Shown: positions 9,131 to 18,146, counted from the stretch's first letter. The stretch is 64,000 bases of DNA from an uncultured Eubacteriaceae bacterium (GCA_947167715.1 CAMVJD010000007.1:12881-76880); one strand, 5' to 3'. The notes: generated by a model not told the origin, from the letters alone. A program made the numbers and translations.

Positions 9131-9159
9131 ATTATAAAGCGTCTTTGTTGAAATGTCAA
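9131..9159 (-). promoter_or_regulatory. Consensus sigma-A promoter driving the resolvase-derived HTH gene
   Basis: The minus strand reads TTGACA (9159-9154), 17-nt spacer, TATAAT (9136-9131). Confidence 0.55.
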
Positions 9160-9275
9160 TACAAAAACCACATTTTTGACCCAAAAATCAAATTATCTTT
9201 AAAGTATACTTTGCAAACGCGTTTTTCCCACAAAAAAAAGCCCGAACAAGTCGGACCTTTTTTATTTTCTTATAT

Positions 9276-10250
9276 TTATTCTTTATCAAGCAATTCGCTG
9301 TAGAATTTTGAGTAATCCTTTCTTTTATTTTTGGTAAACTCTATAGCGGATGAGGGATGCAGATTAAAGCGTCCCGTCAGCAGATACTGGATATCATAGC
9401 CCCAAACGGCGCCCTGCTCAATAAGGCGGGGGATATGCTTTTCAATAAATTTAAGTATATGGATAATATTATATTTGGGGTTTTGCAAAAAGCTTATAAG
9501 CAGCTCCATAGGGCAGTTGCCCGCGCCGCGGCCCATACTGGATATGGTGGCATCAAGGTAGCTGACACCGCGCGAAAGTGCCTCTATAGTGTTTGCAAAG
9601 GCAAGCTGCTGATTATTATGCGCGTGTATGCCCACAAGCTTGCCCGCCTTTTCCATATATTCAAGGTAAAGGTCGGCAAGGTCGCGCATTTTTTCGGGGT
9701 AAATGCTGCCGTAGCTGTCAACCAGATAAACGGCATCAACGCTGCTTTCCGCTATCAGCTCCAGCGCCTGACGCATATCGCTTTCGTTTGCGTTTGATAT
9801 TGCCATAATATTAATAGTGGTCTCGTAGCCTAAATTATGGCAATACTCCACCATTTCAAGTGCGGCGGGTATTGTATTTATATAGGTAGCAACACGCACC
9901 ATATCTATTACGCTCTCGCTTTTGGGCAGCATATCGCGCTTTAAATTTGTACGTCCCACATCCGCCATAACGCTTATTTTAAGGTCGGACGGATTATCGC
10001 CAACTATACCCCTGATATCCTGCTCGTCACAGAACTTCCACTTGCCGTACTTTTCCACATCAAACAGATCGCGGTCGGCCTTGTAGCCAAACTCCATATA
10101 ATCAACGCCCGCTGCAATATTAGCTATATAAAGATTTTTAACAAAATCGTCCTCAAAATAAAAATTATTTACAAGACCCCCGTCCCGTATAGTACAATCA
10201 ACCACCCTTACGTCCTTTCTTACGGACATAAGACTACCTTTTTTTCCCAT
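9276..10250 (-). CDS. DRE-TIM metallolyase / HMGL-like aldolase (pyruvate carboxyltransferase domain) protein
   Basis: VVDCTIRDGG...MEFGY...HAHNNQQLAFANT...GRGAGNCPMELL is an HMGL-like pattern. The start was moved to ATG 10250 (RBS AAAGGA 8 nt upstream); the ORF track starts at 10259. Confidence 0.75.
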   Translation of the reverse strand: MGKKGSLMSVRKDVRVVDCTIRDGGLVNNFYFEDDFVKNLYIANIAAGVDYMEFGYKADRDLFDVEKYGKWKFCDEQDIRGIVGDNPSDLKISVMADVGRTNLKRDMLPKSESVIDMVRVATYINTIPAALEMVEYCHNLGYETTINIMAISNANESDMRQALELIAESSVDAVYLVDSYGSIYPEKMRDLADLYLEYMEKAGKLVGIHAHNNQQLAFANTIEALSRGVSYLDATISSMGRGAGNCPMELLISFLQNPKYNIIHILKFIEKHIPRLIEQGAVWGYDIQYLLTGRFNLHPSSAIEFTKNKRKDYSKFYSELLDKE

Positions 10251-10384
10251 AATTTTCATCCTTTCGTAAAAAATTTATATACTTTAGCGCTTTACCACTT
10301 TAAAGCGTTAAATTGTTTTCATATATTTATATTAATACAAACAGCCCCGCTTGTCAAGAAAAATTTATAAAATACTTTGCGAAA

Positions 10385-10806
10385 AATACTCTTGCGATAC
10401 GTTATCTTTTTTTGGCAAGCCCCGCAAATAATTTCAGCTTACAGCGGATATACATTCAACCGCAAAGATAGATGCGGACAATTGCGAAGCAATTGGCTTT
10501 TGGCTATGCCAAAAGTTGTGAGCCGACGCCGAAAAACATTTGCGTGTTTGCCTAACAGCGTTTATGCATTCGTTTCGTTTTTTATATACCATTTACGGTT
10601 TACGGTGTAACATTTCTTTTATTTGCACTATAAGAAACGTATCACAGGAATTATCTTTCGCGGCAAAAACGCAAATGTTTCTTCCTGTGAGCGTATGCTT
10701 GTCATCCGCTCTAAAGGAAGATTATTTGCGGGGCTTGCCGTCATTATTACAAGTCTTGCCGAAATTATTTGCGTGGCTTGCCGTCATCATTACAAATCTT
10801 GCCGAA
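10385..10806. repeat. Dispersed MITE/REP-like intergenic element, copy A, with 19-bp terminal inverted repeat and 2 x 43-bp tandem tail
   Basis: GGCAAGCCCCGCAAATAAT (10414-10432) is the reverse complement of ATTATTTGCGGGGCTTGCC (10721-10739). Tandem 43-mers lie at 10721-10763 and 10764-10806. Long blocks are shared with 31186-31397. Confidence 0.75.
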
Positions 10807-10833
10807 ATCAACAACAAAAGTGTATATAAAGTA

Positions 10834-10867
10834 CAAAAAAGGCACCTTCCGTTTGAAAAGTGCCTTG
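10834..10867 (-). terminator. Intrinsic terminator downstream of tRNA-Pro
   Basis: The minus strand reads AAGGCAC-TTTTCAAACGGA-AGGTGCCTT followed by TTTTTTG. Confidence 0.7.
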
Positions 10868-10872
10868 TTAAA

Positions 10873-10946
10873 TCGGGGCGACAAGATTTGAACTTGCGAC
10901 CCCCTGAACCCCATTCAGGTGCGCTACCAAGCTACGCCACACCCCG
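10873..10946 (-). tRNA. tRNA-Pro (anticodon GGG)
   Basis: Hand-folded cloverleaf: acceptor CGGGGTG/CGCCCCG, D arm GCGT..GCGC, anticodon stem CCTGA/TCAGG with loop ATGGGGT, T arm GCAAG-TTCAAAT-CTTGT, discriminator A. No CCA is encoded. Confidence 0.85.
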
Positions 10947-11009
10947 ATAACAGAGTTAAGTATACCACAATAAAAAACAAATGTCAAGAACTTTTTTTAT
11001 TTTTTTTGT

Positions 11010-12326
11010 TTATCGCACAATATGACCCGAAACATTCTCCGCGCCGCCGACCACCTCGGCAAGCTCGCTGATGGTAACAAGCTGGTAGCCCTGCTCGTGC
11101 AGCCACGGTATTATCCTTACGGCCGCATCAACGGTGCTGCCGTGGATATCGTGCATAAGTATTACATCGCGGTCGCCGACATATTCCTTAATGACCGAGC
11201 AAACAGAGTCCGCATTGCGGCTTTTCCAGTCAAGGGTATCAACGCTCCAGTTAAACCATTCCATACCCGAGGCATTTATTATATCCTCGTCTATAGAGCC
11301 ATAGGGCGGCCGTCCGATAACAGGCGTTACGCCCGTTGCATCGGCAATAAGGCGGTTGCAATGGTTTATCTGCTCCATTGCGCCGCTTGTGCCCAGCGTG
11401 GTAAGCTGCGGATGGTTATAGGTATGGTTGCCTATCTCGCTGCCCTGCTCGGCAACAGCCTTTACGGTATCGGGGTAGTTTTCCACATTTGTACCTACCA
11501 TAAAGAAGGTCGCGCGGCCGTCCACCGCATCAAGGGCCTCCAATATTTTTTCGGTATTGCCCTCACGCGGGCCGTCGTCAAAGGTAATAGCCACCATTTT
11601 TTTATCGGGGTCTACATCCCTCACATCCGATTCCTGCAAAAACGCATTTACGGTATTTCCCGCAAGCGGCGCCAGGGGTGACCTTTCCGATATTTTTAAT
11701 TTATCGTAATTTTCGGGGGCAAGCAGCCTTGCTATCTCCGCCCCGCGCGATGCTATCTGCACATTTTCGCTTGCAAGCACGCTGCTGTAAAGCAGATCGG
11801 ACACCATATCCACATATTTGCCCGCCGAAAGCATAACGCCGCCGCGCGCAGGCATGGCCGAGGGCTGTCTTGAAAGCATGACCGCGCCCGTTGATTTACT
11901 GCGCGCATAGCTGAAGCCCACCACCGAGCCAAGCTCCTTTAATTTTAAAAACTTAACTCCCTCTATATCCACGCCGTTAAACACGCCCGATGCATCATAG
12001 CCGTCAACCGAAAAGGTACATTGCACCGCCGCAACATCGTCATAAGCCGATTTGCACCTTAATTTTTGCAGATCGCCCGAAAAATCGGTCTTTAAGGTTA
12101 TTTTGTACGCATCGTCAACACAGCTTATATCAAAGGCAAAGTTTGTGCCCTTTACCGCGTTGGCCGTTTCCTCGGGGCGCACATACAATTCGTCCTGCAC
12201 TACATAAGCGGTTATCTTGCCGCCGCCCGTAATAAGCGAATATTTCTGCGCAGGCGCCGCCAGCAGCAGCACGGGTGTGCAAAGCAAATATAAAAGTATT
12301 GCAAAAAGATATAATATTTTTTTCAT
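11010..12326 (-). CDS. Secreted polysaccharide deacetylase (NodB homology domain; peptidoglycan/chitooligosaccharide deacetylase-like)
   Basis: Signal peptide present. Motifs ITFDDGP, FFMVG, NHTYNHP, PPYG, LMHD. Confidence 0.85.
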   Translation of the reverse strand: MKKILYLFAILLYLLCTPVLLLAAPAQKYSLITGGGKITAYVVQDELYVRPEETANAVKGTNFAFDISCVDDAYKITLKTDFSGDLQKLRCKSAYDDVAAVQCTFSVDGYDASGVFNGVDIEGVKFLKLKELGSVVGFSYARSKSTGAVMLSRQPSAMPARGGVMLSAGKYVDMVSDLLYSSVLASENVQIASRGAEIARLLAPENYDKLKISERSPLAPLAGNTVNAFLQESDVRDVDPDKKMVAITFDDGPREGNTEKILEALDAVDGRATFFMVGTNVENYPDTVKAVAEQGSEIGNHTYNHPQLTTLGTSGAMEQINHCNRLIADATGVTPVIGRPPYGSIDEDIINASGMEWFNWSVDTLDWKSRNADSVCSVIKEYVGDRDVILMHDIHGSTVDAAVRIIPWLHEQGYQLVTISELAEVVGGAENVSGHIVR

Positions 12327-12669
12327 GGCCGTCTCCTAAAAAAAATTTACGATATACATACATATTTTTTCATTCTTAAGTATATCACAAAAAAATCTAT
12401 ATTTCTACATATATTTAGTAAAATAATATTTCTTTTTTGTTACAATACGAGTAAAAACAGGCGTAATTGAAAATAATACTTTATAAATTGTAATATTTTT
12501 GTTATATAGTAAATTTGCGAATACTATTGCTTTTTTATCCATATTTTGATATTATGTTTTGTATTGGCAAAATATTTCATAAGTATATTTAAAACTGCCG
12601 CAGGTCGGCTATTTTTTGACCTGCGCAAACCATGCAATTTTGTGACGTTAAACCAAAAGGAGACACCAA

Positions 12670-14604
12670 ATGGAAAATATACCGATAAAGCTTGACGAGG
12701 ACAGCGAAAACAGCACGCCCGCCGCAGAAACAACGGATAACGCGGCCGAGCAGGCGGCGCCCGCTGCCGAAGCCTCCGTAATACAGCCCGCGCAAAAGGC
12801 CAAGGCCGACCCAAAGGCCGCATTGATAACTGTATTTATGGCCGTATTTGCACTTGTTTTGGGCTATGTACTGACCGGATTTTTATTTTTTTCAAACCAC
12901 TTTAACCCGGGCACCGTTATAAGCGGCGTAAACTGCGCAGGCCGCACAGTGGCGGATGTAAAGCAAAAAATGAGCGAAGCGGCGGTGGATTATACGCTGA
13001 CCGTAACGGACGAGGGCAAGACGGCGGCAACGCTTACCGCCGCGGACATTGGGCTTAAATACAATGTCACGGACAAGATAGACGGCGTTATGGCAGCCCA
13101 GAAGCCGCTTTTATGGGGCGCCGGCTTTTTTAAGAAAAACGATATAGAAATTGAAAACGCCTTTATCAGCGACCCCGCTATGGTAGAAGCGGCGGTAAAC
13201 GGGCTGGATATAGTTAAAAATATGCAGGACACTCCGCCCGTAAACGCCTCTGTTTATTATACGGGCAGCGAATACGCAATACAGGATGGCGCGCACGGCG
13301 GCAGGATAATCACCGAAAACCTTTGTAAGGCCGTTACCGAAGCAGCCGAAAACGGCAGGGACAGCATAGACCTTTTAGAGGCCGACTGCTACGAAATGCC
13401 CGAGTTTACCGCAGATTCCGAAAAGGTAAAGGCGGCCTGCGAGCAGGCAAACAAATATATCAGCCCCAAAATCACAATGAACATGGGCCCCGGCGCACAG
13501 CACACCATTGTGGATAAGGAGCTTATACACGACTGGCTGTTTGTGACCGACAACTATGATGTTTATTTTGACAGAAAAAAAGTTAAGGCCTGGGTGGCCG
13601 AGTTTGCAAAAACCTTTAACACCTTTGGCCAGACAAGACAGTTTTTAACGGCCTTTGGTACACGCACCACCGTTTCGGGCGGTGATTTTGGCTGGCTTAT
13701 GGATCAGGAGGCCGAGGTGCAGTCACTTGTAAACGTGATCAAGGCGGGACAGGACGTTGTACGCTACCCCGCTTACACCGTAATGGGCGTAGGCCATGGC
13801 CAGGACGATATAGGCCGCAGCTATGTCGAGGTCGATCTGACCAACCAGCATATTTATGTTTGGGTAGACGGCAAACGAGTGCTTGATGCGCCCTGTGTAA
13901 CGGGACTTCCGCCCAACAGGATAACACCGCCCGGCACATACCGCATAAAAAAGAAAATGAGCCCCGCAATACTTGTGGGCGACAATTACAGAACGCCCGT
14001 AAGCTACTGGATGCCGTTTAACCGCGGCATAGGCCTGCACGACGCAACGTGGCAAAGCTCGTTCGGCGGCAGAAGATACCTTACGCACGGCTCACACGGC
14101 TGCGTAAACCTTTCGTTAAGCACGGCAAAGCAGGTATACAGTTACGTTTATCCGGGTATGCCCGTTGTATGCTATCATATAAATCAATACGGCATAGGCA
14201 AAATGATGGTACTTCCCGATCCGTCAACAACAACTACGACCACAACCACCACTACTACGGAGGCCACGACGGAAGTTACCACCGCCGCAATTACAACAAA
14301 GGCGCAGCCGACAACAAAGTCGCAGCCCGCAACAAAAACACAGCCGGCAACAAAGGCACCACAGCCCGCAACAAAGGCACCACAGCCCGCAACAAAGGCA
14401 CCACAGCCGGCAACAAAGGCACCGCAGCCCGCAACACAGGCACCGCCGCCCGTAACACAGGCACCGCAGCCCGTAACGCAGGCACCGCCGAAAGTTGAGC
14501 CGCCGGCAGAGCCTACCACAAAACATATAGAAACGACCCCCGTTATTACCGAGCCGGTAGTAACAGAGGATGACGGAATAATACACGAAATAGTGGTAGA
14601 TTAA
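12670..14604 (+). CDS. L,D-transpeptidase (YkuD domain) with N-terminal TM anchor and C-terminal Thr/Pro/Lys-rich repeat tail
   Basis: The TM segment is LITVFMAVFALVLGYVLTGFLFF. The YkuD catalytic region is GLHDATWQS...GSHGCVNLS. The tail has T10 followed by ATKAPQP repeats. Confidence 0.85.
   Translation: MENIPIKLDEDSENSTPAAETTDNAAEQAAPAAEASVIQPAQKAKADPKAALITVFMAVFALVLGYVLTGFLFFSNHFNPGTVISGVNCAGRTVADVKQKMSEAAVDYTLTVTDEGKTAATLTAADIGLKYNVTDKIDGVMAAQKPLLWGAGFFKKNDIEIENAFISDPAMVEAAVNGLDIVKNMQDTPPVNASVYYTGSEYAIQDGAHGGRIITENLCKAVTEAAENGRDSIDLLEADCYEMPEFTADSEKVKAACEQANKYISPKITMNMGPGAQHTIVDKELIHDWLFVTDNYDVYFDRKKVKAWVAEFAKTFNTFGQTRQFLTAFGTRTTVSGGDFGWLMDQEAEVQSLVNVIKAGQDVVRYPAYTVMGVGHGQDDIGRSYVEVDLTNQHIYVWVDGKRVLDAPCVTGLPPNRITPPGTYRIKKKMSPAILVGDNYRTPVSYWMPFNRGIGLHDATWQSSFGGRRYLTHGSHGCVNLSLSTAKQVYSYVYPGMPVVCYHINQYGIGKMMVLPDPSTTTTTTTTTTTEATTEVTTAAITTKAQPTTKSQPATKTQPATKAPQPATKAPQPATKAPQPATKAPQPATQAPPPVTQAPQPVTQAPPKVEPPAEPTTKHIETTPVITEPVVTEDDGIIHEIVVD
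14293..14490 (+). repeat. In-frame 18/21-bp tandem repeats encoding (T/A)TK(A/S/T)(P)QP units
   Basis: GCAACAAAGGCACCACAGCCC is repeated four times nearly perfectly, flanked by degenerate 18- and 21-bp units. Confidence 0.85.
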
Positions 14605-14626
14605 ACGTCAATGATATTCGTATTCC

Positions 14627-14763
14627 GCAGAAATAAATTTCTGCTACATACTCATAACCAACGGAATTGCAAGCAATTCCAAATTCAGTGGGAGCTTGGA
14701 CTCCCACTGAATTTTAAGTAAGCACCCCCGCTTTAGAAGCGGGGGACATCCTTAGCTGGTTAT
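14627..14763 (+). other. Multi-hairpin structured region in the 3-prime UTR of the L,D-transpeptidase gene
   Basis: Perfect hairpins at 14627-14644, 14663-14680, 14683-14712 and 14725-14745. An enclosing 8/9 pairing joins 14654-14662 to 14755-14763. Confidence 0.5.
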
Positions 14764-14770
14764 ATACATA

Positions 14771-14796
14771 AAAAACCGCCAAAAGGCGGTTTTTTT
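14771..14796. terminator. Bidirectional intrinsic terminator between convergent genes
   Basis: AAAAACCGCC-AAAA-GGCGGTTTTTTT. Confidence 0.85.
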
Positions 14797-17053
14797 AATG
14801 TATATCCACGGTCTCGTCAAATACACGCGCATATTTTTTGCCGCAGTTTATCAGCATTACCCCAAGCCGATAAGAGCCCTTTGGCAAATCGTTAAAATGT
14901 ATATGACACTCAAGACCCGTCAGATTTAAATTGCCGTTTTTCCCGTAAGCTACGCTTATATCAAAACGCAGCATTTTTTCCGCGGATATTTCCACGGCCT
15001 TGTTTTTGCCATCTACAAGCAGCAAACGACAGGTATTTAAATTATTGAGTACAGCGCCCTCGACATATGCATAGCCCGTGACATTAAGTATGGAGGAATC
15101 CTTTGCACGCCTTAATTCGGCCTTTACGCGGGGGCTGATATACTTTGTTATATCGGTATTTGTACGGACTATCTTATCGGGCTCGCCGTAAAGCGCAGAG
15201 TCCAGCATAAAATCGGGCCGTGTTTTTGAAAATGCGGGATTGTAAAACGGATCTCTTCGGTCAAAATTGGGGTGCTTTTTGTAAAGCCTGCCAAGCTCTC
15301 GGGCAAGGCGTTTTATTTTTTCCTTATCCACAGCATCATTGCCGCGGCTGACAGACTCATAATGGTACAGTATCACATCATTTCTGACAACATTGTAAAG
15401 CCCCGCCTCGCAAAGCCTGAAACACAGCTCTACATCATTATATGCCACGGGGAAGGTCTCGTCAAAACCCCCCACGCCGTCAAATTTTGCACGTTTTATG
15501 CAAAGACAGGCCGCGGTAACGGCTATCCAGTTATACTCCATCTTATTGCGGCGAAAATACAGCGGCGCCCTGTCGTCACTATGGTTAAAGGCATGGCTGG
15601 GGCCCGCATCAATATTTACAACACCGCAATGCTGTATTTCAAAGCCGCCCGGATAAAGCAATTTTGCACCTACGGCACCCGTATGCTCCAAGGCTGCCTG
15701 CCCCGCCATGATTTCAAGCCAGCTGCCGTCCGTCACCTCGGTATCGTCATTTAAAAACAGCAGATATTCACCCTTTGCCGCCCTTGCGCCGTCATTGCAC
15801 ATTTTTGAAAAATTAAAATCCTCTTTTTTGTATATATAAACCGCGCCGTATTTTTCGCATAAGGCCGCATATTTTTTATGCTGCTCCAAACAGCTGCCGT
15901 TGTCCACTACAATTATCTCATAATTTTTATACAGCGTTTTTTCGGCTATGGACACAATACAGCGTTCAAGTATATCAAAATTATCCTTTGAGGGTATTAT
16001 TATGCTGATTTTATTTTCACCGTCCGGCATAGCGTAAACAACGCGGTATTGGCGCACATCGGGGATATAGACCACATTGCCCTTTATGCCGCGGCGTTCA
16101 AGCGCCTCTTGCTTTAATTTTAAAACGGCTTGTTTTACATAGGGCTTTTCATCCGCGCTGCCCGCAGTAGACCCCGTGCGTATACGCCAATGATACAAAA
16201 CCTTGGGTATATGGCACACACGGTTTGTTTTTTCGGTAAACCGCAGCGTAAGATCATAATCCTGCGCCCCCTCAAAGCCCGGGCGCAGACCGCCTATCTC
16301 GTTTATAATACTGCGCCTGTAGGCGGAAAGGTGGCTTATGTACATATGGCTCATAAGGGTGTCGGGCGACCAATCCGGCTTAAAATGCGGATAATGCCGT
16401 CTGCCGTTTTCATCCAGCTTGTCCTCGTCGGTATAGATAAGGTCTGTCGTCCTGTCCGCATTTACGGCGCGCGTAAGCTCGTAAAGCGTGTTTGGCGCTA
16501 TTGTATCGTCACAGTCCATAAAAACTATATATTCGCCCTTTGCCGCCGCTATACCCGTATTGGTGCAGCGCGAGATATGTCCGTTCTCCTCACGGTAAAT
16601 TACGGTTATTTTTTCGTTATCCCTATAGCTTTCAAGTGTCCGCGGCACATCCTCTATTGTAGAGCAGTCGTCCACCAATATAAGTTCAAAATTATCGAAC
16701 GTCTGCGCCAATACCGAATCTATGCACTCGCGCAAAAGCCTTTCTTCCACGTTATATACGGGTATTACAAACGAAAAAAGGGGCTTATATTCAAGCCTTT
16801 CCGTAATAAATACATTTCTTTCGGTATTTTCTATATATCCTTCATATATGTTTTTATTGCCGTTTCCGCCGCCCAGAATACGGTCGGCAAGCCCCAACAG
16901 ACCGCCGCGCGCAGGCAAGGTCCCCTGCTTTTGTCTGTTTTTTATCATAAACACGGTGGTTAGAAAACCGTAATTTTTAATATACCCGAAAACCCGTACA
17001 AAAACATTCTGCGGCATTGATGTATCGCGGTTTTCCGCTTTAGCGTCACTCAT
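14795..17053 (-). CDS. Glycosyltransferase with two tandem GT2 (GT-A) domains plus a C-terminal domain of unknown function
   Basis: Two GT2 signatures: FSFVIPVYN...LILVDDCS and ISIIIPSKD...IIVVDNGS...LFLNDD. The start was moved to ATG 17053 (GGGAGG 8 nt upstream); the ORF track uses TTG 17077. Confidence 0.85.
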   Translation of the reverse strand: MSDAKAENRDTSMPQNVFVRVFGYIKNYGFLTTVFMIKNRQKQGTLPARGGLLGLADRILGGGNGNKNIYEGYIENTERNVFITERLEYKPLFSFVIPVYNVEERLLRECIDSVLAQTFDNFELILVDDCSTIEDVPRTLESYRDNEKITVIYREENGHISRCTNTGIAAAKGEYIVFMDCDDTIAPNTLYELTRAVNADRTTDLIYTDEDKLDENGRRHYPHFKPDWSPDTLMSHMYISHLSAYRRSIINEIGGLRPGFEGAQDYDLTLRFTEKTNRVCHIPKVLYHWRIRTGSTAGSADEKPYVKQAVLKLKQEALERRGIKGNVVYIPDVRQYRVVYAMPDGENKISIIIPSKDNFDILERCIVSIAEKTLYKNYEIIVVDNGSCLEQHKKYAALCEKYGAVYIYKKEDFNFSKMCNDGARAAKGEYLLFLNDDTEVTDGSWLEIMAGQAALEHTGAVGAKLLYPGGFEIQHCGVVNIDAGPSHAFNHSDDRAPLYFRRNKMEYNWIAVTAACLCIKRAKFDGVGGFDETFPVAYNDVELCFRLCEAGLYNVVRNDVILYHYESVSRGNDAVDKEKIKRLARELGRLYKKHPNFDRRDPFYNPAFSKTRPDFMLDSALYGEPDKIVRTNTDITKYISPRVKAELRRAKDSSILNVTGYAYVEGAVLNNLNTCRLLLVDGKNKAVEISAEKMLRFDISVAYGKNGNLNLTGLECHIHFNDLPKGSYRLGVMLINCGKKYARVFDETVDIH

Positions 17054-17073
17054 ACCGATGACCTCCCCGAATA

Positions 17074-17400
17074 TCAAACAAAGACCAGCTGCACAAGTGC
17101 CATATAGATCACCGTGCCAAGCCCTATGCTTAAAAGATTGTTCCTTTTCCAGACGTGAAGTACAACAACTATGACCCCCGCAATAAGCTTTGGCAAAACC
17201 GTATTTACCGCAAAGCCGCTGCCCAAAAGACAGTATACCACAAGTATGGCAATGACCGCGCTGGGAAGATATTTACCCACATACAAAACCGTTTTTGACG
17301 GCTCCTTTCGTCCGAAAAGCAAAAACGGAAAGGCGCGCGTAAAAAACGTGGCTATCGCGGATATTAAAATTATCATTACGGAATATTTAAAATCAACCAT
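17074..17400 (-). CDS. azlD: Branched-chain amino acid exporter small subunit
   Basis: A 108-aa, four-TM hydrophobic protein whose start overlaps the end of azlC by 8 nt. This is the typical AzlD size and context. Confidence 0.8.
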   Translation of the reverse strand: MVDFKYSVMIILISAIATFFTRAFPFLLFGRKEPSKTVLYVGKYLPSAVIAILVVYCLLGSGFAVNTVLPKLIAGVIVVVLHVWKRNNLLSIGLGTVIYMALVQLVFV

Positions 17401-18091
17401 TTTCCGCCTTTTCCTTTCTTTCGTCCCTCTTTTGGTTTATCAAAAGGCCGCCGACACTTACCGCAAGCGCAGGCAGCAAAAATTTATCGCCGCCAAGCAG
17501 CACGATAAACAAAACACCTGCCGCCGCGCCGATAAGCGCAGGGGTGTGATTTTTATTGCCAAGCCACTGCTCGGTAAAAATAACTATAAAAAGCGCTGTC
17601 ATGGCATAGTCAACGCCCGTTACATCAAAGGTTATAAGGCTGCCCAAAAGCGCACCAAGCGTACAGCCCGCTATCCAATAGCTGTGATCGAGGACCGAAA
17701 TTAAAAGGCGTGTGCGCTTAAAATCAAGGTCTTCGGGTATTTTTGTGCCCCACAAAAGCGAGTAGGTCTCGTCCGTAAGGGCGTGTATCATATAGGGGTA
17801 GGCCTTGCCCATTTTTTTAAATTCCTCTATAAAGGTAAGGCCGTAAAAAATATGGCGGCATTGCACCGACAGCATAAGCACCAACGCAGCCACCGCGCCA
17901 GTATGCTTTTGCAGCATATCCACCAGCAAAAACTGCCCCGAGCCCGCATAAACAAGCACCGCCGTAAAAAACGACCATATAAAATTGTAGCCCGCATTCT
18001 GAAACAGCAGACCAAAGGCCATACCCATAAATATGTAGCCAAGCATAACGGGTATGGTTTGTACAAAGGCAAATTTAAGTTCTTTTCTCAT
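17393..18091 (-). CDS. azlC: Branched-chain amino acid exporter large subunit
   Basis: FVQTIPVMLGYIFMGMAFGLL...YAGSGQF is an AzlC-family N-terminus. The protein is polytopic. Confidence 0.8.
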   Translation of the reverse strand: MRKELKFAFVQTIPVMLGYIFMGMAFGLLFQNAGYNFIWSFFTAVLVYAGSGQFLLVDMLQKHTGAVAALVLMLSVQCRHIFYGLTFIEEFKKMGKAYPYMIHALTDETYSLLWGTKIPEDLDFKRTRLLISVLDHSYWIAGCTLGALLGSLITFDVTGVDYAMTALFIVIFTEQWLGNKNHTPALIGAAAGVLFIVLLGGDKFLLPALAVSVGGLLINQKRDERKEKAENG

Positions 18092-18111
18092 AATGTTTTC
18101 CCAAAAATTTA

Positions 18112-18140
18112 TTGACTTGTTGCAAAATAAATGATATAAT
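18112..18140 (+). promoter_or_regulatory. Near-consensus sigma-A promoter with no downstream ORF
   Basis: TTGACT (18112-18117), 17-nt spacer, TATAAT (18135-18140). Confidence 0.55.
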
Positions 18141-18146
18141 CAAATT

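Noticed and set aside
10721-10806. 43-bp tandem repeat as a possible mini-CRISPR
   Set aside because: There are only two directly abutting units with no spacers. They are part of the repeat element's inverted-repeat end.
10377-10950. 77-, 136- and 68-aa + strand ORFs
   Set aside because: They lie inside the dispersed repeat, and one reads through the tRNA-Pro gene. The similar 'protein' at 31142..31387 merely reflects the DNA repeat. None has an RBS.
11022-11681. 219-aa + strand ORF
   Set aside because: It is antisense to the NodB deacetylase gene, which carries the catalytic motifs.
14184-14586. Minus-strand ORFs (111, 120, 64 aa) and a possible CRISPR-like periodicity
   Set aside because: The 18/21-bp periodicity is an in-frame coding tandem repeat (ATKAPQP) of the L,D-transpeptidase. 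The repeats have no unique spacers, so this is not a CRISPR array.
16130-16963. 277-aa + strand ORF (and 15272..15754)
   Set aside because: It is antisense to the double-GT2 glycosyltransferase gene, which has clear GT-A motifs. This is a shadow ORF.
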